64,000 bases of DNA from Candidatus Caccoplasma sp. (GCA_045587545.1 JAZNCN010000028.1:143425-207424), one strand, 5' to 3'. Numbered from the stretch's first letter, positions 20,001-30,636 are shown. A program made the numbers and translations. Notes: generated from the letters alone by a model not told the origin.

Positions 20001-21248
20001 ACTTATAGCGTAAGTGTTGCTGTTAATGATGTAATTATGGGTATTGCAACTCTAAATGGAGGAAACTCCGATATTCAAACATTAGAAGGAACAACCGTAA
20101 CTCTTGCCGCTACTGCCAATGAGGGATATAAATTTGCAGGATGGAGATTAAACGGAAGTTTAGTCAGCAATTCAAACCCATATGTTGCCACAATTACAAC
20201 AGAGTCTGAATTTGTCGCATTGTTTGAAGAAGGTGGAGCAGAATATTTCACAAACTTCGGAAACTCTACAAGAACAGATAGAAGCCGTAACTTAAGCAGT
20301 TTCTCATTTTCTGATGGGACTAATAGTAAAACTATATCTGTAAATCAAAGTGCAAACAGCGGAGCTGCCATATACTATGACAAAACAAGTGAGGTTGTTA
20401 CCCTTGAACCTGGGAAAGCAATATCTTCAACAATTAATTGGAATGGATATTGGATGCATACTTTCATATTTGTAGATTGGGATAAGAACGGAGAGTTTAC
20501 TAAAGATTTAGCCTCAACTAACTATAAACCTACAGAAAACAGCGAGTTAATAGCTTTCTCATTCTGGAGCGGTGTAAACGGAAGTTCAAGTGATAGTCAA
20601 GGATATGACCACGCAGGAGCCTATTTAACTGGAGATAACAGAAATGTTCACTCTCTAAAAACATTTACTATTCCTGTAGGAAAGAAACCTGGTTCTTATC
20701 GTGCCCGTCTGAAAATAGACTGGAACAATGTTGATGCAAACTCTATATCATCATTAGGTGATGCTCCTTGTGTTGTTGACTTTACATTAACCATTCCTGG
20801 AACCATTACATTCTCTATTGGTATTACTGCTGGGGAAGGTGGTTCTGCTACAATAAATGGAGAGACTACTACAATTGAAGTTGCTGAGGGCGAAGAGGTA
20901 ATATTGATTGCAACACCTGAAGTTGGTTACGAATTTGAAGGATGGTATGTTGGAGATACTCAAATAAGCAACGAATCTGAATATACTACTGAGGCTACCA
21001 CAAACCGAATTTATGAAGCAAGATTTGTGGTTAGTAGTGGTATGGAAAACAACACAAATACAACAGCAAAAGTATATACTTCAAATGGTACTATTTACAT
21101 TAATGGATACAATGGCACTGCAAAAATTATAAATATGGCAGGGCAAATCATTAAAGAAATCAACGTTGATAATAGTGCTCAAATAGAATTAAGTAGAGGT
21201 ATATACTCTGTTATAATTGATGGAAAAACTATTAAGGTTGTAATATAG
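17049..21248 (+). CDS. multidomain T9SS-secreted GH29 alpha-L-fucosidase
   Basis: GH29 core (FIHYGMNTYTNKEWGTG, GKHHDGFCLWPS). Also an F5/8 type C-like domain, a Calx-beta-like module, and four InlB-B-repeat-like modules (GYKFVQW, GYQFLNW, GYKFAGW, GYEFEGW). Two GEVED-like modules (FIDWGKDGSFNESGD, FVDWDKNGEFTKD). C-terminal T9SS sorting domain ending IIDGKTIKVVI. Confidence 0.85.
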   Translation: MKERSFIVLIMATIVLLSNEMFAASAPTPLYPLPNARQMYYLHNPHAAFIHYGMNTYTNKEWGTGYESCSTFNPPKEVNTDQWARVLKECGFDRIVLTGKHHDGFCLWPSKANTVNPHTIAQSPYKNGQGDLYEQLSESCTKYEIDMGVYLSPWDAYEENVGGNYTSSKYNDFYVTQLNEVLGSYGRYNEELGRRELVEIWLDGATGSNNPPVYDFNRFVDVMRQHQPTAYIWIDALRAFQTCVSGDTCKVDGAWAMNEAGQAPDPCWNKMDTNGSNTDACKNKPNGEYFFLLEADVSIRNGWFYGDGGGLKSAVDLFKERYMKSIGRGIPLILNVPPDQTGEFTDEYIAVLQKYKEYLDTTFGTNLVPPSANASATEVRGNDATFGADKVMDNNYDTYWTMNDGSTTGSVILDFGADVRFDIVQFQEYIPLGQRVSGWKVDVKVNGNWQEFATGSTIGYKRIVQAKEVQASAVRLTITGSLAVPLINSLSVFRAHEDLIESDLPPVAGVDGQFVMDKEYITAKETDGTVSVKVKLEDRSEKEVSVYVATVPGTGVQGKVYQDKTATLTFPAGVNEQEFIVNLINNQNNEGGKDFYIQISNPLGGDVTIGEPSSIRVWVEDDENPMPERTVTISSEDNSKGSVKILVPETTETSITSSFPVMIEATPASGYKFVQWENALTNTVVSTEKCFTYESSSTINLIARFDEAYIVMTHTYTNNTGQQNRYLSKVTTTGTNTPTVFSTSSTNDLPYTAFPSGSIGQYIESGACIDKRDNPIKVDYGTTSFNITFYGYTSSINGNATELNWTQQAVFIDWGKDGSFNESGDIYSKSSDDIGNSSSVCSQFISSSGYTRTITIPANQPAGKYRMRVVYHEPESNSDQWQNSIMTTSGEGKIRNGVSYDFEIEIVSSTVPSRTITVSANPSEGGTVSGGGTGEEAIAIRAVANEGYQFLNWTVNGNIVSYNANYSDFSEGNKEYVANFRLIPTYSVSVAVNDVIMGIATLNGGNSDIQTLEGTTVTLAATANEGYKFAGWRLNGSLVSNSNPYVATITTESEFVALFEEGGAEYFTNFGNSTRTDRSRNLSSFSFSDGTNSKTISVNQSANSGAAIYYDKTSEVVTLEPGKAISSTINWNGYWMHTFIFVDWDKNGEFTKDLASTNYKPTENSELIAFSFWSGVNGSSSDSQGYDHAGAYLTGDNRNVHSLKTFTIPVGKKPGSYRARLKIDWNNVDANSISSLGDAPCVVDFTLTIPGTITFSIGITAGEGGSATINGETTTIEVAEGEEVILIATPEVGYEFEGWYVGDTQISNESEYTTEATTNRIYEARFVVSSGMENNTNTTAKVYTSNGTIYINGYNGTAKIINMAGQIIKEINVDNSAQIELSRGIYSVIIDGKTIKVVI

Positions 21249-21283
21249 ATATATAATTATACTAACATTAAAAAAATGTAATT

Positions 21284-22762
21284 ATGAATATCAAGAGATT
21301 ATTTTTACTTCTTCTTGTTGCATTTACAACAGGAAGTGCGTTTGCTCAACAGACAACGCTATGTGATATCTCTTCGGACGTAAATGAACCCTTACCAGTG
21401 TTCCCTGTTCCGACAGAGACTCAATTAAAATGGCATGACATGGAATTTTACGCCTTTATGCACTTTGGTATTAACACCTTTACTGGTAGAGAATGGGGAT
21501 ATGGAGATGAAAGTATTAATACTTTCAGTCCTACTTCTGCCATAAACGTGGAACAGTGGGTAACTGAAATTAAGAACATAGGCTGTAAGGGTATTATCCT
21601 AACATGTAAACATCACGACGGTTTCTGTACTTGGTTTACTAACACAACAAACCACTCAACTAAAAACAACACCACTACAAACGGAAATGTAGATATACCT
21701 AAAATGCTTTCGGAAGAGTGTGCAAAACAGGGTCTAAAATTTGGAGCATATATCTCTCCTTGGGATAGAAATCATGCAGAATATGGTCGTGCTGGATATG
21801 TTGAGGCTTTCCATGAACAAATTCGTGAAATTTGTACAAACTACGGAGATATATTTGAGATGTGGTTTGATGGTGCAAATGGTGGAGACGGATACTATGG
21901 AGGTGCAAGAGAGAGTCGCAGTATAGATGCTGCTACATATTACGACTTTCCTAACGCTTTTAAAATGATTAAAGATCTTCAACCCGATTGTGCTATATGG
22001 GGTTGGGATCAAGACTGCCACTGGATTGGAAATGAAGAAGGTTGGGCTGGTGAAACCTCTTGGAGTTTATATGATAACGGATATAATGGCGATGGTAGTG
22101 GTAATGAATATGGAGAAGAAAACGGATGGCGTTGGCTACCTGGTGAGGCTGATGCTAAAAATGGACCTGGCTGGTTCTGGACATTCTCTGATAGTCAGTT
22201 AAAGTCTGCTCAAGAGTTATTTACTATATATATGAACTCAGTTGGTAGAAATGCAAACCTTATTCTTAACTTCCCTCCTAATAAAACAGGTAGCTTATCG
22301 GCGACTACTGTAACAAGAATGAGAGAGTTTAAGGCTCTTCTTGATGCTGCTTTTGGCACTGACCTTGCTTTAAATAAAACCGCTACAGCATCAGCAGAAA
22401 GAAGTAGTTCTGTTTCTGGTAAATTTGCGGCTTCTAATGTTACCGACAACAATCCTGAAACATATTGGGCTCTTGAAGATGGAGAGAAAACAGGACATAT
22501 TGACATTGATCTTGGTTCATCAAAACAGGTAAAATATATTCGTTTAGGTGAATATATTAGAAAAGGTCAACGTGTAAAAGGGTTTGAAGTTTATACTTGG
22601 AATGGTTCAAGTTGGGCTAAACAATCTACAACTGAAGAGACAACTACAATAGGTCATAAGAGAATTATAACATTATCTTCTCCTATTACTACTCAAAAAG
22701 TTAGAATTAAAATCACTGATAGTAAGGAGTGTCCTCTTATCAGCAGAATCTCAATATATTAA
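21284..22762 (+). CDS. GH29 alpha-L-fucosidase with C-terminal F5/8 type C (discoidin) domain
   Basis: FMHFGINTFTGREWGYG, CKHHDGFCTW, and the C-terminal NVTDNNPETYWA...VRIKITDS. Confidence 0.85.
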   Translation: MNIKRLFLLLLVAFTTGSAFAQQTTLCDISSDVNEPLPVFPVPTETQLKWHDMEFYAFMHFGINTFTGREWGYGDESINTFSPTSAINVEQWVTEIKNIGCKGIILTCKHHDGFCTWFTNTTNHSTKNNTTTNGNVDIPKMLSEECAKQGLKFGAYISPWDRNHAEYGRAGYVEAFHEQIREICTNYGDIFEMWFDGANGGDGYYGGARESRSIDAATYYDFPNAFKMIKDLQPDCAIWGWDQDCHWIGNEEGWAGETSWSLYDNGYNGDGSGNEYGEENGWRWLPGEADAKNGPGWFWTFSDSQLKSAQELFTIYMNSVGRNANLILNFPPNKTGSLSATTVTRMREFKALLDAAFGTDLALNKTATASAERSSSVSGKFAASNVTDNNPETYWALEDGEKTGHIDIDLGSSKQVKYIRLGEYIRKGQRVKGFEVYTWNGSSWAKQSTTEETTTIGHKRIITLSSPITTQKVRIKITDSKECPLISRISIY

Positions 22763-22783
22763 TAACGAAACAACATAACAAAT

Positions 22784-25700
22784 ATGAAAAAGTTTAAATA
22801 TTATATAGTTGCCCTATTTATAGGGATGTTTGCCTCAGTGGCAAATGCTCAAGTAGTGTTGTCTTCGTTTGAGGACGGTAACAGCAACGGAATCACTTTT
22901 GTTGATACTTGGGAAGATTCTCCTTTTAATGATGGTAGATGTTCAAATACCCCAATGGTTATTGATAACCCCTATTTAGATGATATGAACTCTTCAGAAA
23001 AGGTTTTACATGTAATAAGGCCCTATTATGCAGGAGACAGAAATGGTGTTGAAATTAAATTGGAAAGGCCTTTCAATTTAACAACACAAACTCAATATAT
23101 TCATATATTCATACACAAACCAGTTTCAAGTAGAATACTTCTAAGAGGGAAAAATACAGGATCAGAAGTTATGCAATTTGAGAAACTTTCTCAATCAGAA
23201 TCTCGTGCAAATGCATGGAGTGATGCTGTATTTGCTATTAAAGGAAGTAATTTAGAGATTGACCGTTTGGTTTTATATCCTGATTGCGAAAGTGCATTGG
23301 GTAGAATCAATGGAGATTTGGATATATATATTGATGATATTCTTATAAGCAACTCTCCAGACCCTCGCTCGGTTACTGATTACTGCAAAGTGAATGGAAC
23401 GAAAACTACATCAAGATATATATCGTCAGTTTCTACTACTGGTGCATCAATGAATATTAATGCCGAGTTTGATGGTGTTCCCGAAAATATATACACAAAA
23501 TATAACTCTCAAGCAATTGTTGCTGAAGCAGGTTCTCCATTTACATTGAATATTGTTCAAAAATCTTCTTCAAGATCAAATAAAGTTTGGGCTTTAGATG
23601 TTTATGTTGATTTCAATGCTGATAAAGAGTTTGTATCTGAAGGCGAATATTTGGGACGTTTAGAGGGAGTTACAAGCGGAAAAACTATTGTTTATACAAC
23701 AGAAATTACTGTTCCTGAAGGAACAAACGTATCATCATGTGCCATAAGAATTAAAGCAAATAATCCTGATAATGCTCCGGCAGAACCTGAATATGCAAGT
23801 TGCAATGATGTTACTGACGGTATGGTTTTGAATATTCCAATGGAAATTTCGAAGTATGTTGAAAGACCTATTGTATCAATATCGGGTAGCGATGGACAAA
23901 GCGGTTGGGGGTCAATACGTTTCAAAGGAATTGAGGGTACTGAAATTAAAGTAAATAACGGTACTAAAGTTACTGCTATGGCTACTCCTAACGATGGTTA
24001 TGAGTTTGAAGGTTGGTATAGTCAAGAAACAGGCGGTATATTAAGCGAAAGTGCAGAATTTACATTCTCTGCCGAATTCAGTATTGGACTTGTTGCTAAG
24101 TTTAAAGAGATAGCTTTCTGTACACCAACAGGAACCACTCCTGCTGCAGCATGGCTTGGAAAATTAATGATTACTCCTGAAGGGCAATCGGGATTATACT
24201 TCTTTGGAGATGCTTCAAATGAAATTGGCGAAGTAAGTTCAAATTATTACAAATATTCTGTTTTAGGCGGTGTTAATGTTAAACGTCAAACTACATTTAC
24301 ATTAACAGCAACTAAGAGCTCAACGTCAGGTGGTATCATCGGTAGAAACATAGCTTTATGGGTTGATTGGAATAATGATCACGATTTCTCTGATGATGAG
24401 TTTATATCAGGAACTTCTATTGAAAACGATACAGAGGTTATAAATGTTACTGTTCCAGAGACAGCTGTTTCGGGTAACGTATATGGAAGATTGATAATCA
24501 GTGCAAATAGTATAACAAGCGCTGATGAGTGTTTTGATATGGGCAACGGAATTGCTTATGACCTAATGCTTACCATAACTCCAAACGATAGCGAACGATT
24601 TACATTAAGTGCAACTCCTAACGTTGCGGGTGCTGCTACTTTCACCCTATCTCCTGCTCCGGGCGAAGATGGTAAATATGCAGCTGGTACCAATGTGGAT
24701 ATTACCTGCGTTCCAGCAGAGGGTTATCAGTTTGTTCAATGGATGAAAGATGGTATTCCTTACGGTGCCACTATGACATCAAATAATCCACTTCCTGTTA
24801 CCGCACTTAATCAAGACCTTGCTTTAACAATGAAAGTTGAACCTAAATTCCCTGCATATTGTGCAGGTACTGCTCCTAATAATGGAGATGGAGACCACTA
24901 CGGAATTTCTGAGGGTTATGTAATGGTAAACAGCGTTACTGCTTTTAACTTCACTAAATCTGGTTCAATAACAGACCTTTCAGAGTCATGTATTGCAGAT
25001 GTCTGCCCCGGTGATACTATAAAGATTTTTGTTTCGGGTGCTATGCATACAACTTGGGCTCAAGGTATTGCATATATTGATTGGAATATGGACGGAACTT
25101 GGAGTACGGGAAGCGATGAAGCTTACGAGTTGTTTAATAATCCCGGCTCACAAGTTACAAATAAACAAACCAATATTATTGTACCCGAGAGTGTTGGTAC
25201 CGGCTGTTTCGGTATAAGAATCTGTTCGGGAGAGGCTCCTGCCCACAACTCATTGGGAGGAGGTCCTTGCCAAGCAAGAAAACGCGGAACATTATTTACT
25301 TTCAGAGTTAATTCAACTGCACTTCCCGCAGCAGAACCTAAACTTAATATAACTAAAGGAGGAGGCTGTACCGTTATTATTACTGATGATAACGGTAATG
25401 AACTTGCTAATAAAGATGTTATTGAAAGTGATGCAACATTTAACATAATGATAAACGTTGATGATAACTATATCCTTGACAACGTAAAGGTAAATGGCTT
25501 TGAAATTGCTCTGGAAGAGAACGATGGTGTATATTTTGGGTCATTTACATCAAATAGCACAGGAGCAAAAGTTGTTGTATCCACAAACAAAAAAGAGTAT
25601 TGCGAACCTACTGAGACATTGAGAAGAACAGATAGAACTGATGGGAGTAATGATAACAGATACTTAACAGCTGTTACATTGAGCGGGTCGTCTTATCCCG

Positions 25701-26380
25701 GTTCATCTTCTATTAGCATCAGCGGTTTGTCTCAAGATCCCCATCGTGTAATTTACGAGAACCATACAGATCAAGTTTTAAACTGCTACGCCGGAGATGT
25801 TCTTACTCCTGCCCTCTCTTTTAATGGTTCATGGATGCATAAATATGTTTATGTTGATTGGGACAAAAATTATGTATTTAATGTTGGGAGTAGTGGAAAT
25901 TGGCAAGAACTTGTTTCATTTAACTACATTAATGGCGTAACAAGTACAGGCGCAACAGGGTCAGAACAAGGCTCAAGTGCTTTAGGAGCATTTACTGTTC
26001 CTGCTGATGCCGGAGGTTTGTATCGTATCCGTTATAAATTGGATTGGGACAGTACAGACCCTTGTGGACGCTTTGACGACTCCAATAACATTTTAGATAA
26101 TGGTGGAGGTATTGTTGATTTTTTGTTGAATGTTTATAATCCTGCAACATCTATTGAAGATGCAAAGAGTTCAAATGTTTATATTTTTGGAGCAAACAAT
26201 AAAATTGTTGTTACCGGAATAGAGAATGGTATTGCATATACTTATGCACCAACATCCGGTAAACTTTTAAATAGTACCACAGTAATAGGAACAACATCTA
26301 TTGATATTGAAAACGGGATATATATTGTAAAGGTTATTGAAGACGATTTCTCAACAGTTAACAAGGTTGTTGTAAGATAA
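22784..26380 (+). CDS. large T9SS-secreted surface protein with GEVED-like and InlB-B-repeat-like modules; no recognisable catalytic domain
   Basis: Signal peptide; VDWNNDHDFSDDE, IDWNMDGTWSTGSDE and VDWDKNYVF modules; GYEFEGWY and GYQFVQW repeats; C-terminal sorting domain IENGIYIVKVIEDDFSTVNKVVVR. Confidence 0.7.
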   Translation: MKKFKYYIVALFIGMFASVANAQVVLSSFEDGNSNGITFVDTWEDSPFNDGRCSNTPMVIDNPYLDDMNSSEKVLHVIRPYYAGDRNGVEIKLERPFNLTTQTQYIHIFIHKPVSSRILLRGKNTGSEVMQFEKLSQSESRANAWSDAVFAIKGSNLEIDRLVLYPDCESALGRINGDLDIYIDDILISNSPDPRSVTDYCKVNGTKTTSRYISSVSTTGASMNINAEFDGVPENIYTKYNSQAIVAEAGSPFTLNIVQKSSSRSNKVWALDVYVDFNADKEFVSEGEYLGRLEGVTSGKTIVYTTEITVPEGTNVSSCAIRIKANNPDNAPAEPEYASCNDVTDGMVLNIPMEISKYVERPIVSISGSDGQSGWGSIRFKGIEGTEIKVNNGTKVTAMATPNDGYEFEGWYSQETGGILSESAEFTFSAEFSIGLVAKFKEIAFCTPTGTTPAAAWLGKLMITPEGQSGLYFFGDASNEIGEVSSNYYKYSVLGGVNVKRQTTFTLTATKSSTSGGIIGRNIALWVDWNNDHDFSDDEFISGTSIENDTEVINVTVPETAVSGNVYGRLIISANSITSADECFDMGNGIAYDLMLTITPNDSERFTLSATPNVAGAATFTLSPAPGEDGKYAAGTNVDITCVPAEGYQFVQWMKDGIPYGATMTSNNPLPVTALNQDLALTMKVEPKFPAYCAGTAPNNGDGDHYGISEGYVMVNSVTAFNFTKSGSITDLSESCIADVCPGDTIKIFVSGAMHTTWAQGIAYIDWNMDGTWSTGSDEAYELFNNPGSQVTNKQTNIIVPESVGTGCFGIRICSGEAPAHNSLGGGPCQARKRGTLFTFRVNSTALPAAEPKLNITKGGGCTVIITDDNGNELANKDVIESDATFNIMINVDDNYILDNVKVNGFEIALEENDGVYFGSFTSNSTGAKVVVSTNKKEYCEPTETLRRTDRTDGSNDNRYLTAVTLSGSSYPGSSSISISGLSQDPHRVIYENHTDQVLNCYAGDVLTPALSFNGSWMHKYVYVDWDKNYVFNVGSSGNWQELVSFNYINGVTSTGATGSEQGSSALGAFTVPADAGGLYRIRYKLDWDSTDPCGRFDDSNNILDNGGGIVDFLLNVYNPATSIEDAKSSNVYIFGANNKIVVTGIENGIAYTYAPTSGKLLNSTTVIGTTSIDIENGIYIVKVIEDDFSTVNKVVVR

Positions 26381-26401
26381 AAGACAGAAAAAATTATATG
26401 C

Positions 26402-26436
26402 AATGGAGGTGAAGCAATTCATCTCCATTTTTTTTA
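26402..26436 (+). terminator. Rho-independent terminator after the T9SS protein gene
   Basis: aatggaggtgaa-gcaa-ttcatctccatt (12-bp stem with one G-U pair) followed by ttttttt. Confidence 0.7.
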
Positions 26437-26559
26437 CTATTTTTGTTGAAAACAACGAATATAGTCTGCATTCGCTTTGATAAATATTCAAGTAAACTTG
26501 ATATTTCTCGTTCGTTTGTAACTATATTTGCGATAAACTTAAAATAATAAACTAAAAAT

Positions 26560-27876
26560 ATGATTAAAATATTGCCAATTTTATTGGCTACACTAATATC
26601 ATTAGAAATTGTAGCCAAAGAGTTTAAATACTCCCCTACTACTGAAAATTTAGAACGCCGTAAAGAGTTTGCCGATTCTAAATTTGGTATATTTATTCAT
26701 TGGGGTATTTATAGCATGATGGGGGACGGAGAGTGGGTTATGACAAATCAGAATATTAAACATAAAAGATATTCGCAACTTGCTGCCGGCTTTTATCCAT
26801 CAAAGTTTAATGCCAAAGAGTGGATTGATATTATAAAGAGTTCAGGTGCTAAATATTTATGCTTTACATCGAGACACCACGATGGTTTTTCAATGTTCCA
26901 CTCTGATTTTACCGATTACAACATTGTTGATGCTACTCCGTATAAGAGAGATGTTCTTAAAGAGCTTGCCGAAGAGTGTAACAATCAAGGAATAAAACTT
27001 CATCTATATTACTCTCACATCGATTGGGGAAGAGATGATTTTCCCGTTGGAGGTACAGGACAAAATAGTGGTAGAGATAAAGCAAAGGAGAATTGGGATA
27101 GTTACTATTTGTTTATGAATAACCAGCTAACAGAGTTATTGACCAATTATGGTGAAATTGGAGCTATTTGGTTTGATGGTGTTTGGGATAAGCCAAACTT
27201 TGAGTGGCAATTAGAGAAACAATACAGACTTATTCACTCAATTCAACCACAATGTTTAATAGCAAATAATCATCATAAAGAGATTAGAGAGGGTGAAGAT
27301 TTTCAGATTTTTGAGCGCGATTTGCCCGGACAAAATACAGCTGGATATTCTGAAGGGCAACAAGTTAGCGAACTCCCTTTGGAGTCGTGCCAAACTATGA
27401 ATAATACTTGGGGTTACAATATTGTTGATGACAACTATAAATCAACTAAAGATATTATTCACTTCCTTTTAAGGAATGTTGGTATGGGTGCAAATCTGTT
27501 ATTGAATGTTGGGCCCGGACCTGACGGAAGTTTTCCTGAAGAGGCTGCCACTCGTTTAAAAGAGATTGGCGAATGGTTAGAAAAGTATGGAGAATCGGTT
27601 TATGGAACAACAGCAGGAATAATTCCGCCGCAAGATTGGGGGGTAACTGCCATGAAAAACAACAAAATGTATGTTCATATTCTCAATTTAAATAGTAATT
27701 CTTTACATCTGCCAATTAAAGCCTACAAAGTTAAAAATGCTATTTCTCTAATTAATGGTAAAGCCATTAAGATAAAACAAGATAAAAATGGCATAACTTT
27801 ATACTTTGATGAAATTCCCACCGAAATTGACCATATTATTAAGGTTGAGTTGAAGCCTATTTTAAAATCAGAATAA
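26560..27876 (+). CDS. GH29 alpha-L-fucosidase
   Basis: FGIFIHWGIYSMMGDGEW, SRHHDGFSMF, IWFDG. 438 aa with signal peptide. Confidence 0.9.
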   Translation: MIKILPILLATLISLEIVAKEFKYSPTTENLERRKEFADSKFGIFIHWGIYSMMGDGEWVMTNQNIKHKRYSQLAAGFYPSKFNAKEWIDIIKSSGAKYLCFTSRHHDGFSMFHSDFTDYNIVDATPYKRDVLKELAEECNNQGIKLHLYYSHIDWGRDDFPVGGTGQNSGRDKAKENWDSYYLFMNNQLTELLTNYGEIGAIWFDGVWDKPNFEWQLEKQYRLIHSIQPQCLIANNHHKEIREGEDFQIFERDLPGQNTAGYSEGQQVSELPLESCQTMNNTWGYNIVDDNYKSTKDIIHFLLRNVGMGANLLLNVGPGPDGSFPEEAATRLKEIGEWLEKYGESVYGTTAGIIPPQDWGVTAMKNNKMYVHILNLNSNSLHLPIKAYKVKNAISLINGKAIKIKQDKNGITLYFDEIPTEIDHIIKVELKPILKSE

Positions 27877-27897
27877 CTTTATATTTCGATAAACAAA

Positions 27898-27931
27898 GAA
27901 GCAGGTAAAAACCTAAGTTTTTACCTGCTTC
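27898..27931. terminator. bidirectional terminator hairpin between the fucosidase gene and dnaK
   Basis: gaagcaggtaaaaac-ctaa-gtttttacctgcttc, a 15-bp perfect stem between convergent genes. Confidence 0.7.
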
Positions 27932-27954
27932 GTCATTTATTATGAGAACAGTTT

Positions 27955-29865
27955 TTATTTTACTTCCTCAAAGTCAACATCTTGAACTTTGTCATCGCCA
28001 CCATTGTTAGGAGTGTCGTTTGTTGCTCCTTGTTGTTGAGCTCCTGCTGCACCACCTTGTTGTGCTTGTGCACTATAGAGGTCTTGTGCTGCTGCTTGCA
28101 AAACTGTATTCAACTCACCCATTGCTGTATCAATTGCTGCAATGTCTTGTGATTTGTGTGCATCTTTAAGTTTTGACAATGCTCCCTCAATTGATGATTT
28201 TTTATCTGCAGGAATCTTATCGCCAAGTTCTTTAAGTTGTTTCTCTGTTTGGAAAATCATAGCGTCTGCTTGATTTAGCTTGTCGATACGCTCTTTCTCT
28301 TTTGCATCGGCATCGGCATTTGCAGCGGCTTCATCTTTCATACGTTTAATCTCTTCGTCGCTCAAACCGCTTGAAGCCTCAATACGTATGCTTTGCTCTT
28401 TTCCTGTACCTTTGTCTTTTGCTGATACGTTAAGAATACCGTTTGCGTCAATATCAAATGTTACTTCAATTTGAGGTACTCCACGCATTGCTGCTGGTAT
28501 TCCATCAAGGTGGAAACGTCCGATTGTTTTGTTATCTTTTGCCATTGGACGCTCTCCTTGTAATACGTGTATCTCTACTGAAGGTTGGTTGTCTGCCGCT
28601 GTTGAGAATACCTCTGATTTACGCGTAGGTATTGTTGTGTTTGCATCAATTAGTTTTGTCATTACTCCACCAAGAGTCTCAATACCAAGTGAAAGAGGTG
28701 TTACGTCTAATAATAATACATCTTTTACATCACCAGACAATACAGCTCCTTGAATTGCTGCACCTACTGCAACTACTTCATCAGGGTTGACTCCTTTTGA
28801 AGGTGCTTTACCGAAGAATTTCTCAACTATTGCTTGTACTGCAGGAATACGAGTTGAACCTCCTACAAGAATTACTTCATTGATATCTGATGCTGACAAT
28901 CCTGCATCTTTCAATGCTTGACGGCATGGCTCTATTGTTGATTGAATTAGGTTGTCAGCCAATTGCTCAAATTTTGCACGTGTAAGAGTTTTTACCAAGT
29001 GTTTGGGTATTCCGTTTACAGGCATAATATAAGGCAAGTTTATCTCTGTTGATGTTGTGCTTGACAACTCAATTTTTGCTTTTTCAGCAGCCTCTTTTAA
29101 ACGTTGTAAAGCCATTGGGTCTTGACGAAGGTCAATTCCCTCTTCTGCTTGGAATTGCTCTGCCAACCAGTCAATAATCACATGGTCAAAGTCATCTCCT
29201 CCAAGGTGTGTATCTCCGTTTGTTGATTTTACTTCAAATACACCGTCTCCTAACTCAAGGATTGAAATATCAAATGTTCCTCCACCAAGGTCAAATACTG
29301 CAATTTTCATATCCTTGTCAGATTTGTCAAGACCGTATGCCAAAGCAGCAGCTGTTGGTTCGTTTACAATACGGCGTACTGTCAAACCGGCAATTTCTCC
29401 AGCCTCTTTTGTAGCTTGTCGTTGTGAGTCATTAAAGTATGCCGGTACTGTAATTACTGCCTCTGTTACCTCTTGTCCAAGATAATCCTCTGCAGTTTTT
29501 TTCATTTTTTGAAGTACCATTGCAGATATCTCTTGTGGAGAGTAAAGACGTCCGTCAATATCAATACGTGGTGTATTGTTATCGCTTTTTACTACTTTAT
29601 AAGGTACGCGTTTTAATTCATCTTGTACTTGATTGTACATCTCTCCCATAAAACGTTTGATTGAGAAGATTGTACGTGTGGGGTTAGTGATTGCTTGACG
29701 TTTTGCAGGATCTCCTACTTTACGCTCACCACCATCAACAAATGCAACTACTGAAGGTGTTGTTCTGTGTCCTTCGCTATTTGCAATTACAACCGGTTCT
29801 GTACCTTCCATTACTGATACACATGAGTTGGTTGTTCCTAAGTCTATTCCAATAATTTTTCCCAT
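27955..29865 (-). CDS. dnaK: molecular chaperone DnaK (Hsp70)
   Basis: [18 protein letters not shown]..., DLGGGTFD, and a full-length Hsp70 sequence of 636 aa. Confidence 0.98.
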   Translation of the reverse strand: MGKIIGIDLGTTNSCVSVMEGTEPVVIANSEGHRTTPSVVAFVDGGERKVGDPAKRQAITNPTRTIFSIKRFMGEMYNQVQDELKRVPYKVVKSDNNTPRIDIDGRLYSPQEISAMVLQKMKKTAEDYLGQEVTEAVITVPAYFNDSQRQATKEAGEIAGLTVRRIVNEPTAAALAYGLDKSDKDMKIAVFDLGGGTFDISILELGDGVFEVKSTNGDTHLGGDDFDHVIIDWLAEQFQAEEGIDLRQDPMALQRLKEAAEKAKIELSSTTSTEINLPYIMPVNGIPKHLVKTLTRAKFEQLADNLIQSTIEPCRQALKDAGLSASDINEVILVGGSTRIPAVQAIVEKFFGKAPSKGVNPDEVVAVGAAIQGAVLSGDVKDVLLLDVTPLSLGIETLGGVMTKLIDANTTIPTRKSEVFSTAADNQPSVEIHVLQGERPMAKDNKTIGRFHLDGIPAAMRGVPQIEVTFDIDANGILNVSAKDKGTGKEQSIRIEASSGLSDEEIKRMKDEAAANADADAKEKERIDKLNQADAMIFQTEKQLKELGDKIPADKKSSIEGALSKLKDAHKSQDIAAIDTAMGELNTVLQAAAQDLYSAQAQQGGAAGAQQQGATNDTPNNGGDDKVQDVDFEEVK

Positions 29866-30169
29866 TTTATTGTAAATTTAGTTATTAATATTCTATTGTT
29901 TATGTAATCCCTTTATTGGGCTTGCACTTTACTTACTTCAAACAACGTGCCAAACATTATTGTTGAGTTTTTGTCTGATTTTATATGTGAAAAACTTTTA
30001 TATCTGACATTATTTTATAATTTATCAGGGAATGTTTGTCAGTTTTTATGACTATTTGGCAGTTTTTATATGCAATTATCTAATATTTAGTTGATTCTTA
30101 TATAATTTGTAGATATTTTCATGTTAAAAACTTTTGTAAGTTTGATTGTTTATTATTGATTATATTTTG

Positions 30170-30177
30170 TATATTTG
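30170..30177 (+). promoter_or_regulatory. TAnnTTTG -7 box (TATATTTG) upstream of the mce-mmd operon
   Basis: Motif read at 30170-30177, 49 nt before the ATG at 30226. Confidence 0.35.
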
Positions 30178-30225
30178 CTCAGATTTTATAAAAATGAGTT
30201 ATTTACTTTTTAAATTAATAATATT

Positions 30226-30636
30226 ATGAATTTAACACACATCGAGCATCTTGGTATTGCTGTTAAAAGCATAGAGGCTTGTTTACCTTATTATGAGGGA
30301 GTTCTTGGTTTGAAATGCTACAATATTGAAGAGGTAGCTGACCAAAAAGTAAAAACTGCTTTCTTTAAAGTGGGACAAACTAAAATTGAGCTATTGGAGC
30401 CTACAAGTGAAGATAGTACTATCGCTAAGTTTATTGCTAATAAAGGCGAAGGTATTCATCATATTGCTTTTGCAACAGATAGTGTTACTGAGGCTTTAGC
30501 TGATGCTGCAGAAAAAGGTATCCGTTTAATTGATACAGCTCCTCGCGGTGGTGCAGAGGGATTGCAAATTGCATTTTTGCACCCAAAATCAACTTGCAGT
30601 GTTTTGACAGAACTTTGCGAAGACCCTAATAAATAA
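30226..30636 (+). CDS. mce: methylmalonyl-CoA epimerase
   Basis: 136-aa VOC/glyoxalase fold (IEHLGIAV...GIHHIAF...FLHP), located first in the mmd operon. Confidence 0.85.
   Translation: MNLTHIEHLGIAVKSIEACLPYYEGVLGLKCYNIEEVADQKVKTAFFKVGQTKIELLEPTSEDSTIAKFIANKGEGIHHIAFATDSVTEALADAAEKGIRLIDTAPRGGAEGLQIAFLHPKSTCSVLTELCEDPNK

Noticed and set aside
17049-27876. Fucosidase cluster as a canonical polysaccharide utilisation locus
   Set aside because: No SusC-like TonB-dependent transporter, SusD-like lipoprotein, hybrid two-component system or ECF/anti-sigma pair lies in or beside the cluster within this window.
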